Below, one piece after another: positions 29,032 through 43,477 of a DNA stretch of 64,000 nucleotides. The stretch's first letter is position 1. Each line of letters starts with the position of its first letter. Both the position numbers and the translations under genes were made by a program. Under the pieces are notes generated by a model, which was given only the letters and a program-made list of their open reading frames with translations, ran no database searches and was not told where the DNA came from. This DNA is from the human T2T-CHM13v2.0 reference genome, Homo sapiens: NCBI RefSeq assembly GCF_009914755.1, contig NC_060933.1. One strand, 5' to 3'.

Positions 29032-29846
29032 CACAAGAGGCCTTTCTTAATACAGCTATTGAGGTGAGAAATTTTGAGAAGCTTTCATTTAAATAAACCC
29101 ATTGAAAGCATATTTGTCTGTGTACTCTCCTAAGATTACATTAAAATCATAGACAAGAATTTAGAGATAAAAATTCACAAGGAAAAATAGAATGAGAGGG
29201 AGACAACTTATTTATTAATGTTGCAATTGTTATTTTGGGCATTTTTGTTTTAAATTTAGAGTTGCCATACTTAGTGAGACTGGGAGACAAGCATTATTTT
29301 TGGATGAATTTAAGCGGTTGGAACTACCTGCAAAATGGAATAAGCTTCCACCTAACACATAGTTTCCTTTTCCCGTTATTCCTCAGCAATTAATCAGAGA
29401 TGGAATCTTCACTTATGCAAATGCTGTTTACAGGGCATTCGATTAGTATTTGTGTTTGTGTGTGTATGTTATGGAGCATGGATTGGAGCTGGGGGTTTTG
29501 AGGGACCAGATGATGTTGTACCTTTTTATCCCATTGAGTATCTGTGATTCAAAAACTTTACAACCCCTTTCTTATTTACAAACCTAGTATATTCTGTGGT
29601 GTTATTATTTTAAAAATCTGAACTATCATCTTTATGATAATTAATAGCAACTAGGAAATTTAAGAAAAATTTTGAGTAACTACTATTTTTTATTTATTAT
29701 TTTGTCTCTTATAGAAGCAGTACAATTTGATGATTGTTTCAAATGAAAACAAGACACTTTCAATTAACTTACATAGGTACTTGAATTGTGTTGGATTTAG
29801 TGCTGCAGCTTTCAGTTTACTAGCAAATGCTTGTGCTGTACTTTTA

Positions 29847-31572
<1,726 letters not shown>

Positions 31573-31659
31573 TGTGCTCTACTTTTAAACAGAAGGCACA
31601 AAATAAAAAAGAAAAAGTCAGTATTTTAAAAGCTAGAAAATTAACTAGGGTGATTTTCT

Positions 31660-31880
31660 GTTTAGAGTTGGTTAAACCTAGTTTGAATCCCAAGTTTGCT
31701 ATTTTCCAGTTGTATTACCGTTAGCACATTGTTTATCCTTTTTTCAGTCTCAGGTTCTTTTTCTGTAAAACGAAGAAATGAAGTAGAAGTAGAATCTACT
31801 GAAGGGCTTTTATGAATATTTAATGAGATTAAGCATGTGAAGGATTTACCACATTGCCTTGTAAATGCTTAATTATCATT
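31660..31880 (+). mobile_element. Degenerate MIR
   Basis: GTTTGAATCCC...TCTCAGGTTCTTTTCTGTAAAA...TTAATGAGATTAAGCATGTGAAG. Confidence 0.6.
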
Positions 31881-33063
31881 GGCCATTAATAATAGGATGA
31901 TGTTAACATTGTAGACAGTCAGCCCCATGCATAACAGATGTGACCTATGATAAGTCATATAACATACCTTAATAAAGGTCTAGAGCTAAGAACCATCCGG
32001 AAAATCTCATTCAATAGACTTTCCATGGAATTCTGTAAAAACGTGGGTAACAATCAGTTTCTCACTTTTCCCAGGAAAATGCCAAATAGATTAAACATGT
32101 AAAGATAATGTTTCCTATTTTGACATTGTCCTAGAGAGGCTAGGTAAGAGGCAGTGTCTGTTCTAGAAAACCTGTTTTTCTATATCCATTCAGTTATGTA
32201 AGTAGCTATTGTTAGTTTACATCACTGTGCAGGGGTTTGGCTGGCATAACAAGATGCTGAAGTGTTTTAAATGCATGAGCCTGGTATTCCTGTGTGACTA
32301 AGTGCATTGTTTACTAATGACATTAAGTGTAGGGTAGCTCATTTAAAAATTGGTGTATTGTATAAAATGAACCCGATTTAAAATAAGACCATGTATTTTA
32401 TTTAATCCAAAAATTAATGTTCCTGAAGAAAATGCAAACCAATTTTAACAGTTACTATGTAATTCTGATAAAAATATCTGGCAAAAATGATCAGCAATTA
32501 CTTACTGTTAAGCCTATTCTACTTGTACTGAATGGAGAGAGATTTAAAAAAATTTTAATTTAAGGAATATGTAATAGTAGGAGCCCAGAATCATAATGTT
32601 CACAGAGAGTAATGGTTTATTAACTACAATTCATATATCCTGAGACTAGATGTGATTTCCTTTTGAGCTTTGACATAAAAAAAGCAACAAGCAGTGCTAG
32701 TTTGCTTGAAAAGAAACTGACTTCTGTTGTAACTCGCTGCTGTAAAACATTTTTTTTTCCAGTTAGGCAAAAAAAGTAGGAATAATCTAGCAAATGGTTT
32801 CAAAAGGAGAAAAAAGTACCAATACTTAGAGCTGTTAATGTTCAGCCTCACCTCAGACATCAAGTTTTCTGATTATATGTAATGCAAAAAGCATATTCAT
32901 AGAAATAAAACAAAGAGGAGGGGGAAATCAATTATTTCTTCATATACCTTTTTAATCTTGCAAGCTTAACTAATGACACACTCAGAAAGAGCATTCTTCA
33001 TAATGGGTATAAAAATGGCCTAATTTGAGAGACAATGTATCTGGCATGCATACCCAGTAGGTA

Positions 33064-33164
33064 TTCAGCAAACTCTTGAGGTTTCATGTTAACATAATAA
33101 AATATTGTACTGTTCAGCAAACTCTTGAGGTTTCATGGTAACATAATGAAATATTGTACTGTTC
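33064..33164. repeat. 49-bp tandem duplication
   Basis: TTCAGCAAACTCTTGAGGTTTCATG(T/G)TAACATAAT(A/G)AAATATTGTACTG present twice with 2 mismatches. Confidence 0.95.
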
Positions 33165-34030
33165 CTTGTAGGCTAAATTTTTCTTTACCTTTTACAATCC
33201 GTAGCCTAATAATATTTTGTTCAACTGTACCTGCGTCTAAATTTGAAATTACTTTGCTGAAAATTGTAGATGTACTGTTCTGAAGCCACTAAACTTTTCC
33301 TTTTCCTTCTCATCACAACCTCATCCAAATCTTTTATTATTAGTTTTTAGAATACACACCATAAACATTAATAAAACTCACTTAGGCATAGCTATTTTAT
33401 TCAGGTGTCAGGAAAGGTGTCCACCTTTGTTACAGTGTTGACAATTTGGTTTAACTTCTTCAGCCTCTTCAATAAGGAAATGTTGGAATCAAATGTGATT
33501 ATACTTGTGTTAGCCTGGTAATCACTCTGAGGTGTGTGGCTTAATTTAATTTAAAAATAAGTTGTTGTGTGTATAGGGGAAGGGCATTTGGGACAGACTC
33601 TTGATGATTTTTCACAAAAGTCAATGTAATATATATTTATAAACCTATAACTTAAATTCTTAAATTTGTATATCTGAAGGATTCATAAATTTTACATTCT
33701 CAGATCCTCACCTAATGATATAGTATTTTTCAGATTATATTTAAGTTTTTAATATGAAAAATTTCAAACACAAAAAAGTAGAAGAGTAAAATAAATCCTC
33801 ACATATTTATCACTCAATTTTAACAGTTACTGAGACTTTCCCGAGATTGCTTCAACATTTTACTTGGTAGAAGTATTTTACATAAACTTTTCTTTTCTTT
33901 TTTTTTTTTTCTGAAGAATAACAAATATAGGAAAAGTCCCATATACCATAAGAACATACCAGTATAAGCATCTACATCAAGAAGCAGAACATCAGCAAAA
34001 CGCCAGGATTTCTAATGCCCCTTTTGGGAC

Positions 34031-34718
34031 TGTTAAAAACGTTAGACAGACTCCGGGCACAGAGGCTCACGCCTGTAATCCCAGCACTTTGGGAGGCCAA
34101 GGTGGATGGATCACGAGGCAGGAGATCGAGACCATCCTGGCTAACACAGTGAAACCCCATCTCTACTTAAAAAAAAAAAAAAAAAAATTAGCCCGGCGTG
34201 GTGGCGGGTGCCTGTGGTCCCAGCTACTCGGGAGGCTGAGGCAGGAGAACAGGGAGGTGGAGCTTGCAGTGAGCAGAGATCGCACCACTGCACTCCAGCC
34301 TGGGCAACAGGGCGAGATTCCGTCTCGAAAAAAAAAAAAACCAAAAACAAAAAAACACCTTAGAGAAACTAAATTTAACAGACCTTCATTGAACAAAGAA
34401 TGACTCGTGGATTGGGCAGCCCCCCGAACCTGTTTTCACTTCAGAGAGATTCCGGTGCTATCGTGTGTGGTCAAAGAAGATTTATGGCTAGAAAAAGGAA
34501 AGAGACATACAGAAAATAGAAGTAAGGTACAGAAACAGTCAGATTGGTTACAGATCAGAGTTTGCCTTATTTGAACCTAGCTTGAAGAGTTGGCTACCTT
34601 TGATTGGCTGAAACTCGGTGATTGGCACAAGAGTAGGTTACAGTCTGTTTACACGTGCAGTTAGGTTATAGAAACCTTTAAATGAAAGAGACAGCTTTAT
34701 GTTAAACTTAATTTAACA
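34031..34718 (-). mobile_element. MER57-type ERV1 solo LTR interrupted by AluY
   Basis: TGTTAAAA...TAAACTTAATTTAACA termini; internal TGATTGGCTGAAACTCGGTGATTGGCACAAGAGTAGGTTACAGTCTGTTTACAC. Confidence 0.8.
34049..34355 (+). mobile_element. AluY with a small right-arm deletion
   Basis: GGATCACGAGG..AGGAGATCGAGACCATCCTGGCTAACAC and GAGCTTGCAGTGAG; relatively CpG-rich. Confidence 0.93.
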
Positions 34719-35347
34719 GGCTCAGAAAACAATACATAAAAACATGGCACTTTTACATGCTGAACTAAAGCGGCAGCCTCAATGTCTCTATGACCTTGCC
34801 CCGATCTTCTGTCTCTCAATTTTCTCCTTCCCAAACCACAGGACGAAACCCTTCTCTGAAATTCCCTTATCTACCTAAAAACTGGACCCACCAAATAGCA
34901 ACGCATTTGCCTTCGATCCCCTCCCTGAAATTTCATTAGATGGAGAAGAATAAAACTCATATTTCAGAGGAAGAGACTAAGCATTAAACAGCACACCCAG
35001 GGCCCACACAAACTTTGTCCAAAACTATTACCTGTTCTCTGGTCCCATTCAATTTCCAAAGAGAATCACTTACTTAAAATTGTTTGAGCATTGGGCTCGT
35101 TCATTTTCCCTGAAAATCATTTACTACCTCTCCCAATTGCCTAAACTCTCCATTTCTGTCTCCTCTACGAAGAGTGTATGTAAGCCTCAACCATCTGGCC
35201 CTTCTTGGAGTCTCATCTTTGCAGGAATCCATGTCCATATGTATGTTAATAAATTTGTATGCCTTTTTCTTTTTAAAATCTGTCTATTGTCAGTAATTGT
35301 AACAGATCTTCAGTGGGTGGAGAAGAAGCTTTCTCTCCATCCTTACA
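34719..35347 (+). mobile_element. MER39/MER34-group ERV1 solo LTR (family uncertain)
   Basis: GGCTCAGAAAACAATAC...CATGCTGAACT start; ATGTTAATAAATTTGTATGCC polyA region; CCTTACA end. Confidence 0.65.
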
Positions 35348-36854
35348 CCCCCCTCACCATTTAACTCCATCCAGATACCTCCATCACTATTCCCAACTTC
35401 AGGAGTAACCAGTATTATGACCTCTATCAAAGCAGATTAGTTTTACCTGTTTTGGAAATTGTATATAAATTAAATTATATAGTATATAATTTTGCATCTG
35501 TCTTGATTCGCTCAACATTATGTTTATGAGACTCACTCAGCTGTAGTTTGTTCATTCTGTTGTAGTATAGTATTCAATTGAATATATAGACCACCGTTTA
35601 TCCATTTTAAATCTGTTGAACATTTGGATTATTTCCTGTCTTTGGTATTAGAAATTGTGCTGCCGTTAACATTCTTGTGTGTGTCTTTGGTGAAAATATG
35701 TATGCATTTCTGGTCTGTATTCATTTGCTAAAGTAGCTTACAGCAAGTTCCAGACATTGTTATTTTATTCTTACACATGAGCATATTTTAGTATGCATCC
35801 AAGAAGTATGACATCTTCTCACATAACCATAATTGCTTGTTACCATCTGATGCCTTGTCCTTTATTATTTAAAATGCACTATTAAATGGGGAAATCTCTT
35901 TTCTTCAGCATAGCTTTTGAATATAGCAAGCTGAAAATATTGAAGTTGAAATACTCCGAAGCTGACAGTAGTTTTCTTTAGCTTTGATAGACAGGTCAGT
36001 CAAATAATCAACAAGTATTTATTGAGCTCCTTTTTGGTGGATCAACTAAGTCATGTTCTTAGCTCTATTCACACTCCTCAATACACTGACAGACCAAATG
36101 GAATTTAAGCGGAGAAAACCATTCCTTTTGATAAATTGTTAGTCATATAATTGTTTATATTAGGTACTACAAAATAATAATTCAACTCATAAAGAAAATG
36201 GACTGTGGAGCATATTTTAATAAAGAGTGACTTTAATGAAGAGTGACTTAAGTGACATTTTTCCTGTAGTGAATGTTATAGCTATATGATTCCTGGCAAA
36301 TATTTAGAATAATTAGATATTATATTACATAAGATGTATAAATATAACAATATTAATTTAAGTATAAATTAAAGTTAATATGTTATTATAATTAAATAAT
36401 TAATAATGAAAACATTTAAGGGGTTTTCTTATGCAGATCCTGCGTTTGATTTTATTTTATGAACATAATATCAATTGTAAGAGGTGATTTTTTCGCTTGG
36501 GATCTATGACGAATCAAATAATTTGAAATATCTTTGCTTGTATTCTCTTGGTTTACGTTCTCAGATGGGACAACTCTTTTGTTAATAGAAAACAGTTTTT
36601 TTGCCTCCAATTTTCTACATAATTTTTTATTCTAAACACTGAAAATTGTCTCACAGACCTGGCCTTAAGTTCTGATTTTCCAGCGTACTAGCTCTGTGAT
36701 CAAGATCAAGCAGCAACTTCTCTGAGGCCCAATTTCCTTATCTAAATCATATGGTGATAATTCCTTCCTCTGTTTTTTGCATATTTATTTATAAATGTTT
36801 TACTATATATTAAGAAGTTTCTTCTAGAGGCTCACAATGTGTATAAGAATTCTT

Positions 36855-37050
36855 TTTTCTTTCTTTTTTTTTTTTTTAGATGGTCTCACTATGTCACCCA
36901 GGCTGGAGTGCAATGGCAAAATCATAGCCAAAGAATCCTCCCACCTCAGCCTCCAGAGTAGCTGTGACTACAGGCACTAAGCCTGGCTAGTTTAAACAAT
37001 TTTTTTTTTTTTAAGATGCCGGATCTCACTTTGTTGCCCAGGCTTGTCAG
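36855..37050 (-). mobile_element. Truncated, internally deleted AluJ-like with TSD
   Basis: ATAAGAATTCTT repeated at 36843 and 37052 around Alu sequence. Confidence 0.8.
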
Positions 37051-37199
37051 CATAAGAATTCTTAGCATGATACTTTAATAGCTACAATTTCAAAAATCAA
37101 AAGAATAGCAAAACTACAGAAGGACTAGTCAAACTTTCTGCTTTCGGTTTGAATCTTTTTTCTTGGACTTTTGGTCACTCAAAACAACAGAAGCAATGA

Positions 37200-37420
37200 C
37201 AACAACAACAGCTATGATTTACTGAAGCTCACTATATACCAAGTACTATATTCATTATTTTGTGTAAAATATTTATAATTTTCACAACAATGCTGTAAAT
37301 GGTATGGCAATAATTAATAATAGTAACTTATACCTTGATTACAAATGAAGACACCAAGGCTTAGAGAATATAAATAATTTTTTCATTGTCACATAGCTGG
37401 TAAATAGCAGAAGCAGTTTC
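37200..37420 (-). mobile_element. MIR
   Basis: TTACAAATGAAGACACCAAGGCTTAGAGAA...GTCACATAGCTGGTAAAT. Confidence 0.65.
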
Positions 37421-38569
37421 CAATTCCTTTTACTTTTATTTGACTAGGTCAAGATTTCTTTTATACAAAGTAAATTCACTTTTCACTATTATCTTTGCAA
37501 ATAGAATTATAAGCTCTATGATGTAGTTATGTTAACTTTCAGTAAATTTTTAAAGAAATGCCAGTAAATAATGCTGTTTTACCAACAGCATTTTACCAAC
37601 AGTGCCATTTCACTCCGTGAGTAGTTTCAGATTGTAAAAAATTAATATTCTTCCTATTAATGTTTGTAAAGAGAGCCTAAACAATTTAGAAAAATTTTAT
37701 ATTAAATATAAAATGTGTATATTTTCAGGAAATTATTTTTACAAGGTAATAGCTTTAAAATATAGCTACAAAATAATTGGTTTAATATTAACTAACTTGA
37801 TTCATCTTTTGTGATACATTGGGGCATTAATTAGATGCACAGAAGGCGTCAAGAACCTTGACTAACTGCTATGCCACATTTTATATGGAGTTATCAATGT
37901 ACAGGAGCTTAGCATTCATTTTAAAGAAAAGTATCATTAAAGGCTCTGTTGCAAAATGTCTGCTTACGTAATGAGGAGTCATGTGATCTGCCTATTCAGA
38001 AATCACATTGTTATTTATCTATATTCTCATCAGTCTAATATCAAATTATATTTCATCCTTCCCACTTTCTTAGATGCATTCAATATAAAGAATGATGGAA
38101 CAACTCAAAATGCTTGAAAACAGTTGCCACTTTGCCTTATACATTATAATTATAGCTCTAGTCTCTTTTCTGATTAAATATTGAGTTTATAGCTAAACAC
38201 AGTGGCACCAGTATCTAATCCCAGCTACTCAGGAGGCTGAGATGGGAAGTTCAAGACCAGCCTGGGCAACATAGCAAAAGTCCCTCAACAAAGAAAAAAA
38301 CAATAAACTGAAAATTACTTACTTCTCATGTGTTCAATAAAATATTAGTATTCTAAACTTAATAAAGATTACCATGTGGAAACCATATTATTTCTTGGAG
38401 GAACAATTAATGTTTTCTAGCCCTGCTTGTCTGCTTCCTTGCCATGGTCAGTGCTTTCAAAGGTCCCCAAGAGGTTGGACTGTGTGTGTTGTGTGTGTGG
38501 TGTGAGGGATGTGTGTGTGACTATTTTTGTTTGTGGGAGGTAAGGGGTAGGATGGAGTGGGGATGAGGA

Positions 38570-39166
38570 TGTGATAATTTGAAGTGGCTGTTAATTTTAA
38601 CTTGACTGCATTAAGAAATATCTAGAGAACTGATGAAGCATTACTTCTGGGTGTGTCTGTGAGGGTGTTTCCAGAGGACATTGGCACATGAATCAGTGGA
38701 CCAAGTCAGGAAAATCTGCCCTCAATGTGAGCAGATACCATCCAATTGGCTGGGGGCCTGGACAGAACAAATGGGATGAGAAAGAATTTCCTCTCCCTTT
38801 CTGCCTCTCTCTCTCTCCTGGAGTTTAAACACTCTCCCCCTCCTACCTCTGGACATTGAAGCTCCAGACTCCAGCATTGGGACTTCAGGCCTTACACCAG
38901 CACCCACTGGGTTCTCAGATCTTTGGTCTCAGGCTGAGAAACATACTCTTGTCTTCCCTGATTGTGGTGCTTTAGAACTTGGGGTGAGCCATGTACCCAG
39001 CACCCCAGGCTCTCTACCTTGCAGACGGCCTCTTGTGGGACTTCTCAATCTCCATAGTTGTGTGAGGCAATTCCCCTAATAAATCCTCTACCTATCTATC
39101 ATCTATCTATTTATTTAAACATATATCATATTGGTTCTGTCTCTCTGGAGAACCCTGACTAATACA
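38570..39166 (+). mobile_element. MLT2B-like (ERVL) LTR
   Basis: CTTCTGGGTGTGTCTGTGAGGGTGTTTCCAGAGG...CTGTCTCTCTGGAGAACCCTGACTAATACA. Confidence 0.88.
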
Positions 39167-40149
39167 GAGTGTTTTTGTGGGAAAGAAGTGAGAGAAAAAC
39201 AGAATACATCAAAGACAGGAACTTTCAAATTAGTGTTGCTAAGTGTACAGAGGTACTTCTTCTGAGGTAAAACTTTCCCATCATCAGAAACTTGAAAGCC
39301 TAAAGAACTTTGCTCAATATATTGTGTAGGGGATTTGGATATTTGGATTTAATATCAAGGCCACTTACACATGTAAGAGTCTAGGAATTCATGATTCTAA
39401 ATGATAGGAAACTACTTAGAGGTCTTTGGCTGGCAATTATGAATTAGATTAAGTTCAAAGAGGGAAGGTTTTTATTTTTCTTCTTGCATGGCTACAAGAG
39501 CAGTTTCAAACACATGATAATAACAGTTCTTTGTCTTACAAGATGAAAGTTTGATTCTACTCTCCATTCTCTATTATCAAGAGTAATTCAATTAAAATTT
39601 TATTTCAAGCTCATCTTCTATCAGAGTTTTGTCTTTGGTATGCTTGCATTCTAATATATCCTATATAAGTCATTCAAACTGGTGAGCATCTCATTTGGCA
39701 AAAAGAATGCAGTTGTGTTTTTCATAAACAGCAGTTTGGAAAACTGGGTACAGAGAACAAACTGTTCACTTAGCATTGCAGTTACTTTGTTCTATTTCTC
39801 TGTGATATGCTCTAATTTTATTACCATAAACAAATGATAGGCATAGGGATAGAAAGTGGAGTACAGGCCATATCCTGAATTGGCTTTCAATTGTGACTTG
39901 TTCTGAATCCATTCGTACATTCAAGAATGGCTATTCTGAAATTAAATTTGCTTGGCATATCTAGGCTATCATTTTCTTTTGTTTTATGGAGCTTATCTTC
40001 GTTCTGTGGGATGATATAATTCAGGTCTAGTTGGTCACTCTATCATTTCAGTTGGTGAAGCTTTTCCTCATGGAGATTTTATTATGTTTAGGAACTCATT
40101 TTCTCTTTAGCTATGGGATGAATGTCTGTCATTAACATCAGTTTTTCCT

Positions 40150-40300
40150 CAATTTTCATCTTTGTGTGACCTGCATCAGCATCACCTGGGATCATTGTTA
40201 TAATACAGATTTCAAAACAGACATATGGAATAAAAAATGCAGATATCTTGATTTTTAACTAATTGCCCAGGTAATTCTTATTTAACCTAACATTTAAAAC
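40150..40300. mobile_element. MER5-type hAT fragment
   Basis: CTGCATCAGCATCACCTGGG...TTTTAAC..CCCAGGTAATTCTTAT. Confidence 0.5.
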
Positions 40301-40493
40301 CTTGTTCTTCTAACTTATTACATATATTCTCCCAATTTCACTAGTTTCTCAAAGAAAGGTCCACTACTTTTACATAGCCTGGCTCCTTTCCCTCAGTCAC
40401 AGGTTTTCCTCACTGAGGCAAGTCCCCTTGTTGCACCATAAATCTTTCCTCCTAGTTGCCAGGTCTAGAATCTAATGTCTCAAAAGAATACTT

Positions 40494-41042
40494 TGATGGT
40501 TACAATTATTGATCAACTTGGCTAGGCTATGGCACCCAATTGTTTGCTCAAACATTAGTCTAGATATTAGTCAATGGAAGTATTTTGTAGATGTGCTGAA
40601 GATCTATAATCAGGTGACTTTCAGTAGATTGACCTAGATAATGTGGGTGTGCCTCATCCAATTAGTTGCCTTGAAAGCAAAACCTGAGGTTTCCCAGAGA
40701 AGAAGAAATTCTGCCTCACGATGGACATAGAAATCTTGGCTGGGTTTCTAGCCTGCCCTATGGATTTCAAATTTCAGACTTGCCAGTCAGTCACATAAGG
40801 TAAAGCAATTCCTTTTTATTTTTTTAAAATAGAGATTGGGTCTTTCTATGTTGCTCAGGCTGTTCTCGAATTCCCTTTCTATGTTGCCCAGGCTGGTCTT
40901 GAACTCTGGGCTACAAGTGATCCTCCCTCTTTGGCCTCCCAAAGTGCTGGGATTACAGGCAAGCCATTGCACCCATCTGTAAGGCAATTCCTTAAGCTCC
41001 ATCTCTCTTTCTTTCTTTCACTAGAAAACCTTGGTTGGTACA
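40494..41042 (+). mobile_element. MLT2-type LTR containing an antisense FLAM/Alu monomer (about 40815-40975)
   Basis: TGATGGTT...CAACTTGGCTAGGCTATGG; the monomer is flanked by GTAAAGCAATTCCTT and GTAAGGCAATTCCTT. Confidence 0.8.
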
Positions 41043-41774
41043 AATACTTTCAGTTGTCCATGTGACGCTCATATTTAGGAGCCCATATCCTCAAGAACTC
41101 CTTTGCAGGTCCCTCAGTATGTGTTTATATAACCAATAGATCTGTCTTCTGTCTTGAATCTTAAATTATTGGTTGCCTCCCCTCAGCTGGTCTCTAACAC
41201 AAAGCCTTATGGAGAACAATGAATTCCTTCCAGTTCATCTAATTGCTAATTATTGTTTGCTACCTGTACTACTTCATTCTGATCTCCGTTTAATAGATTG
41301 AGATCACCAAAGCTGTACATGTAGGAAATGGCATTATTCACTTGACTCTACCTTTATAATGAAGGTAGTATCCCCAGGACCTTAGTTATTTTAGAATACA
41401 GGTATTTCAGATTCTCTCTGCTCCCCACCCTTTTCCCTTGTCTTCTCTGATTTTCCCAAGCAGATCATTATGCCTTGACTCTGAGCACTGATTTATCAAT
41501 ATAAATATCCTTAGTGTGATCAAATAGTTATATTGTTATTATTTATTTGTATGTTTATTATTACCTTGTTCCATGTCAAATTTATGTCTCAAGTTTTAAA
41601 AAAAATTAAATGTAATGAGATGAGATAGTGAGATGAGAAAACATTTTATCTTAACAATTATTGGCCTCAGAATTCTTCTCACAGTGAGAAGAGTTTCAGG
41701 GTAAAAAGCTCATTTGTGACAAATTGTACTTTGTGGCAAGGATTTGGCAGTTGCCAAAACCATATGTTATAGTG

Positions 41775-42030
41775 GTAGGCAGTATTACATAGTGGCTCAA
41801 AGGACAGGCTCTAGAATCAGACCGTATGGGTTCAAATCTCAGCTCTGCCACTAATTAGCTGTGTGAATGTGGAAGAATCACTAGATCTTCTAGTTTCCTC
41901 ATCAGTAATAAACACAATAATATTAACAGTTACTTCCTAGGGTTGTTGTGAAAAATAAATATGATAATACTTGTAAAACAACACAGTGTCGGAAGCACAT
42001 GAAGTACTCAATAAATGTTAGCTATTATTT
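41775..42030 (+). mobile_element. Near full-length MIR (MIRb-like)
   Basis: GGGTTCAAATCTCAGCTCTGCCACTAATTAGCTGTGTGA...AGTACTCAATAAATGTTAGCTATTATT. Confidence 0.85.
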
Positions 42031-42448
42031 TTTTCATTATCAGAAGAGGGAAAGTTGCTCTGCACAAGACAGAGAAGAGAAGGGGAGAGGAAGGCAGGGA
42101 TTCTGGAGAGTTGGGGAAAACCTGTAATTATATTACAATAGTAAAGTGGCAAAAGAGCACTCAAAAATAGTTCAGGCTTAATATTCTTTGGGAAATTGAA
42201 TAGCTGAGATAGAAGCTATTTCCTATCTCCTCCTTCAAAGTCTACTAAACTCATGAATGCTTTATGCCATCTGTGCGTGTGTATGTGTACATTGAAGAGA
42301 GTGATGAGTTTCATATCTAGATTCAAGCTTTGTGTAATATTGTATACATGGCAGTGCAACCAGGATGGCAAAAGTGGTTCTGAGAACATCAACCCTTCAA
42401 GAATTTGTTGTAATTTTTGGAAGTGTTTTTATGGGTTAGAAATCAGAT

Positions 42449-42953
42449 TGTAAGCAGATACGGAGGTTCTTCAGCTGACTGTAGGAATTCATCCACCTTG
42501 AGCAATCTACCTGCTTTATAGCATCCTATCCTACAGGCTGTCGGTTTTCAAGCCCTGTGTGGTATGTGTCCACCTAGTCAGTTGAAACCAGTTCCTGACA
42601 GACCCATTTATACATGAACCTGAGTGAACTTTCCTCATTGCCATGCTAAAGTTTCCATCCCAGGACCAGCTGTGGCTTCATTACCATAACATGTGACCTA
42701 TGTGCTGGCATGATGACTCAATGCACCTGTGCAAGTGGGACCCCTCCTCTCTATGCAACGATGCACCCTCTTTCCCGCTCCATTGTCCCATAAAACCCTC
42801 CTGTCACTTCCCCTCAGAGAGACACTGCTTTGGAGAATAGTTCCAGTGCTCTCCTTACTTTTGACAACTAATAAAACTATTCATCAAAACCCATGTTCTT
42901 GTGATGAGTCACTTGTTAACAGGAGAAAGAACCTTGGTTCTTTTTGGGTAACA
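42449..42953 (+). mobile_element. ERV solo LTR (possibly LTR32-like; family uncertain)
   Basis: TG...CA termini, CATAAAA TATA-like element at about 42789 and AATAAA at about 42870. Confidence 0.65.
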
Positions 42954-43227
42954 AGATCAAGCCAAGTTTGCTCAGTTCAGGACGGGGGACCCCCAGATAA
43001 TATCTTGGTTAAATTCATATTTTTAAAATTGTTATCGTAAAAATAGGACATGCTCCTTGTAGTGCTCCATATTAGTCTTCGAAGGGTGTCATAAATTAGC
43101 AAAGACTAGCACTGTAAGGTTAGCTACTACTGCAACAGTCACTAAAAAGTAATTTTAATATTTACTTGCATCTATAGACCAAAAATGAGGATCAAATTTA
43201 TATTCCCAAACTATACTTTCTAAAATA

Positions 43228-43320
43228 CCTTTTTTTTAAATTTTACTTTAAGTTCTGGGATACATGTGCAGAACGTGCCAAATAGGTACACATGTGCCAT
43301 GGTGGTTTGCTGCACCTCTT
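43228..43320 (-). mobile_element. L1PA 3'-tip fragment (about 90 bp)
   Basis: TACTTTAAGTTCTGGGATACATGTGCAGAACGTGC...GGTGGTTTGCTGCACC. Confidence 0.85.
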
Positions 43321-43425
43321 ATTGACCTTGTTATTTCTCTGAAGACTCTTAGGAAACTCCCAAAACCTTCCCAGAAACCCAGATCTTTGGATCACTTATC
43401 TCCCCCTCCCAGGTCTTTGTTATGT

Positions 43426-43477
43426 GTTAGGTTGGTGCAAAAGTAATTGTGGTTTTTGTCATTACTTTCAATGGCAA
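43426..43477. mobile_element. Partial MADE1 (Hsmar1-derived MITE)
   Basis: TTAGGTTGGTGCAAAAGTAATTGTGGTTTTTG matches the Hsmar1/MADE1 TIR; the second TIR is mostly missing. Confidence 0.85.

Noticed and set aside
29415-29422. Octamer motif ATGCAAAT
   Set aside because: A single 8-mer is expected by chance in 64 kb of AT-rich DNA.
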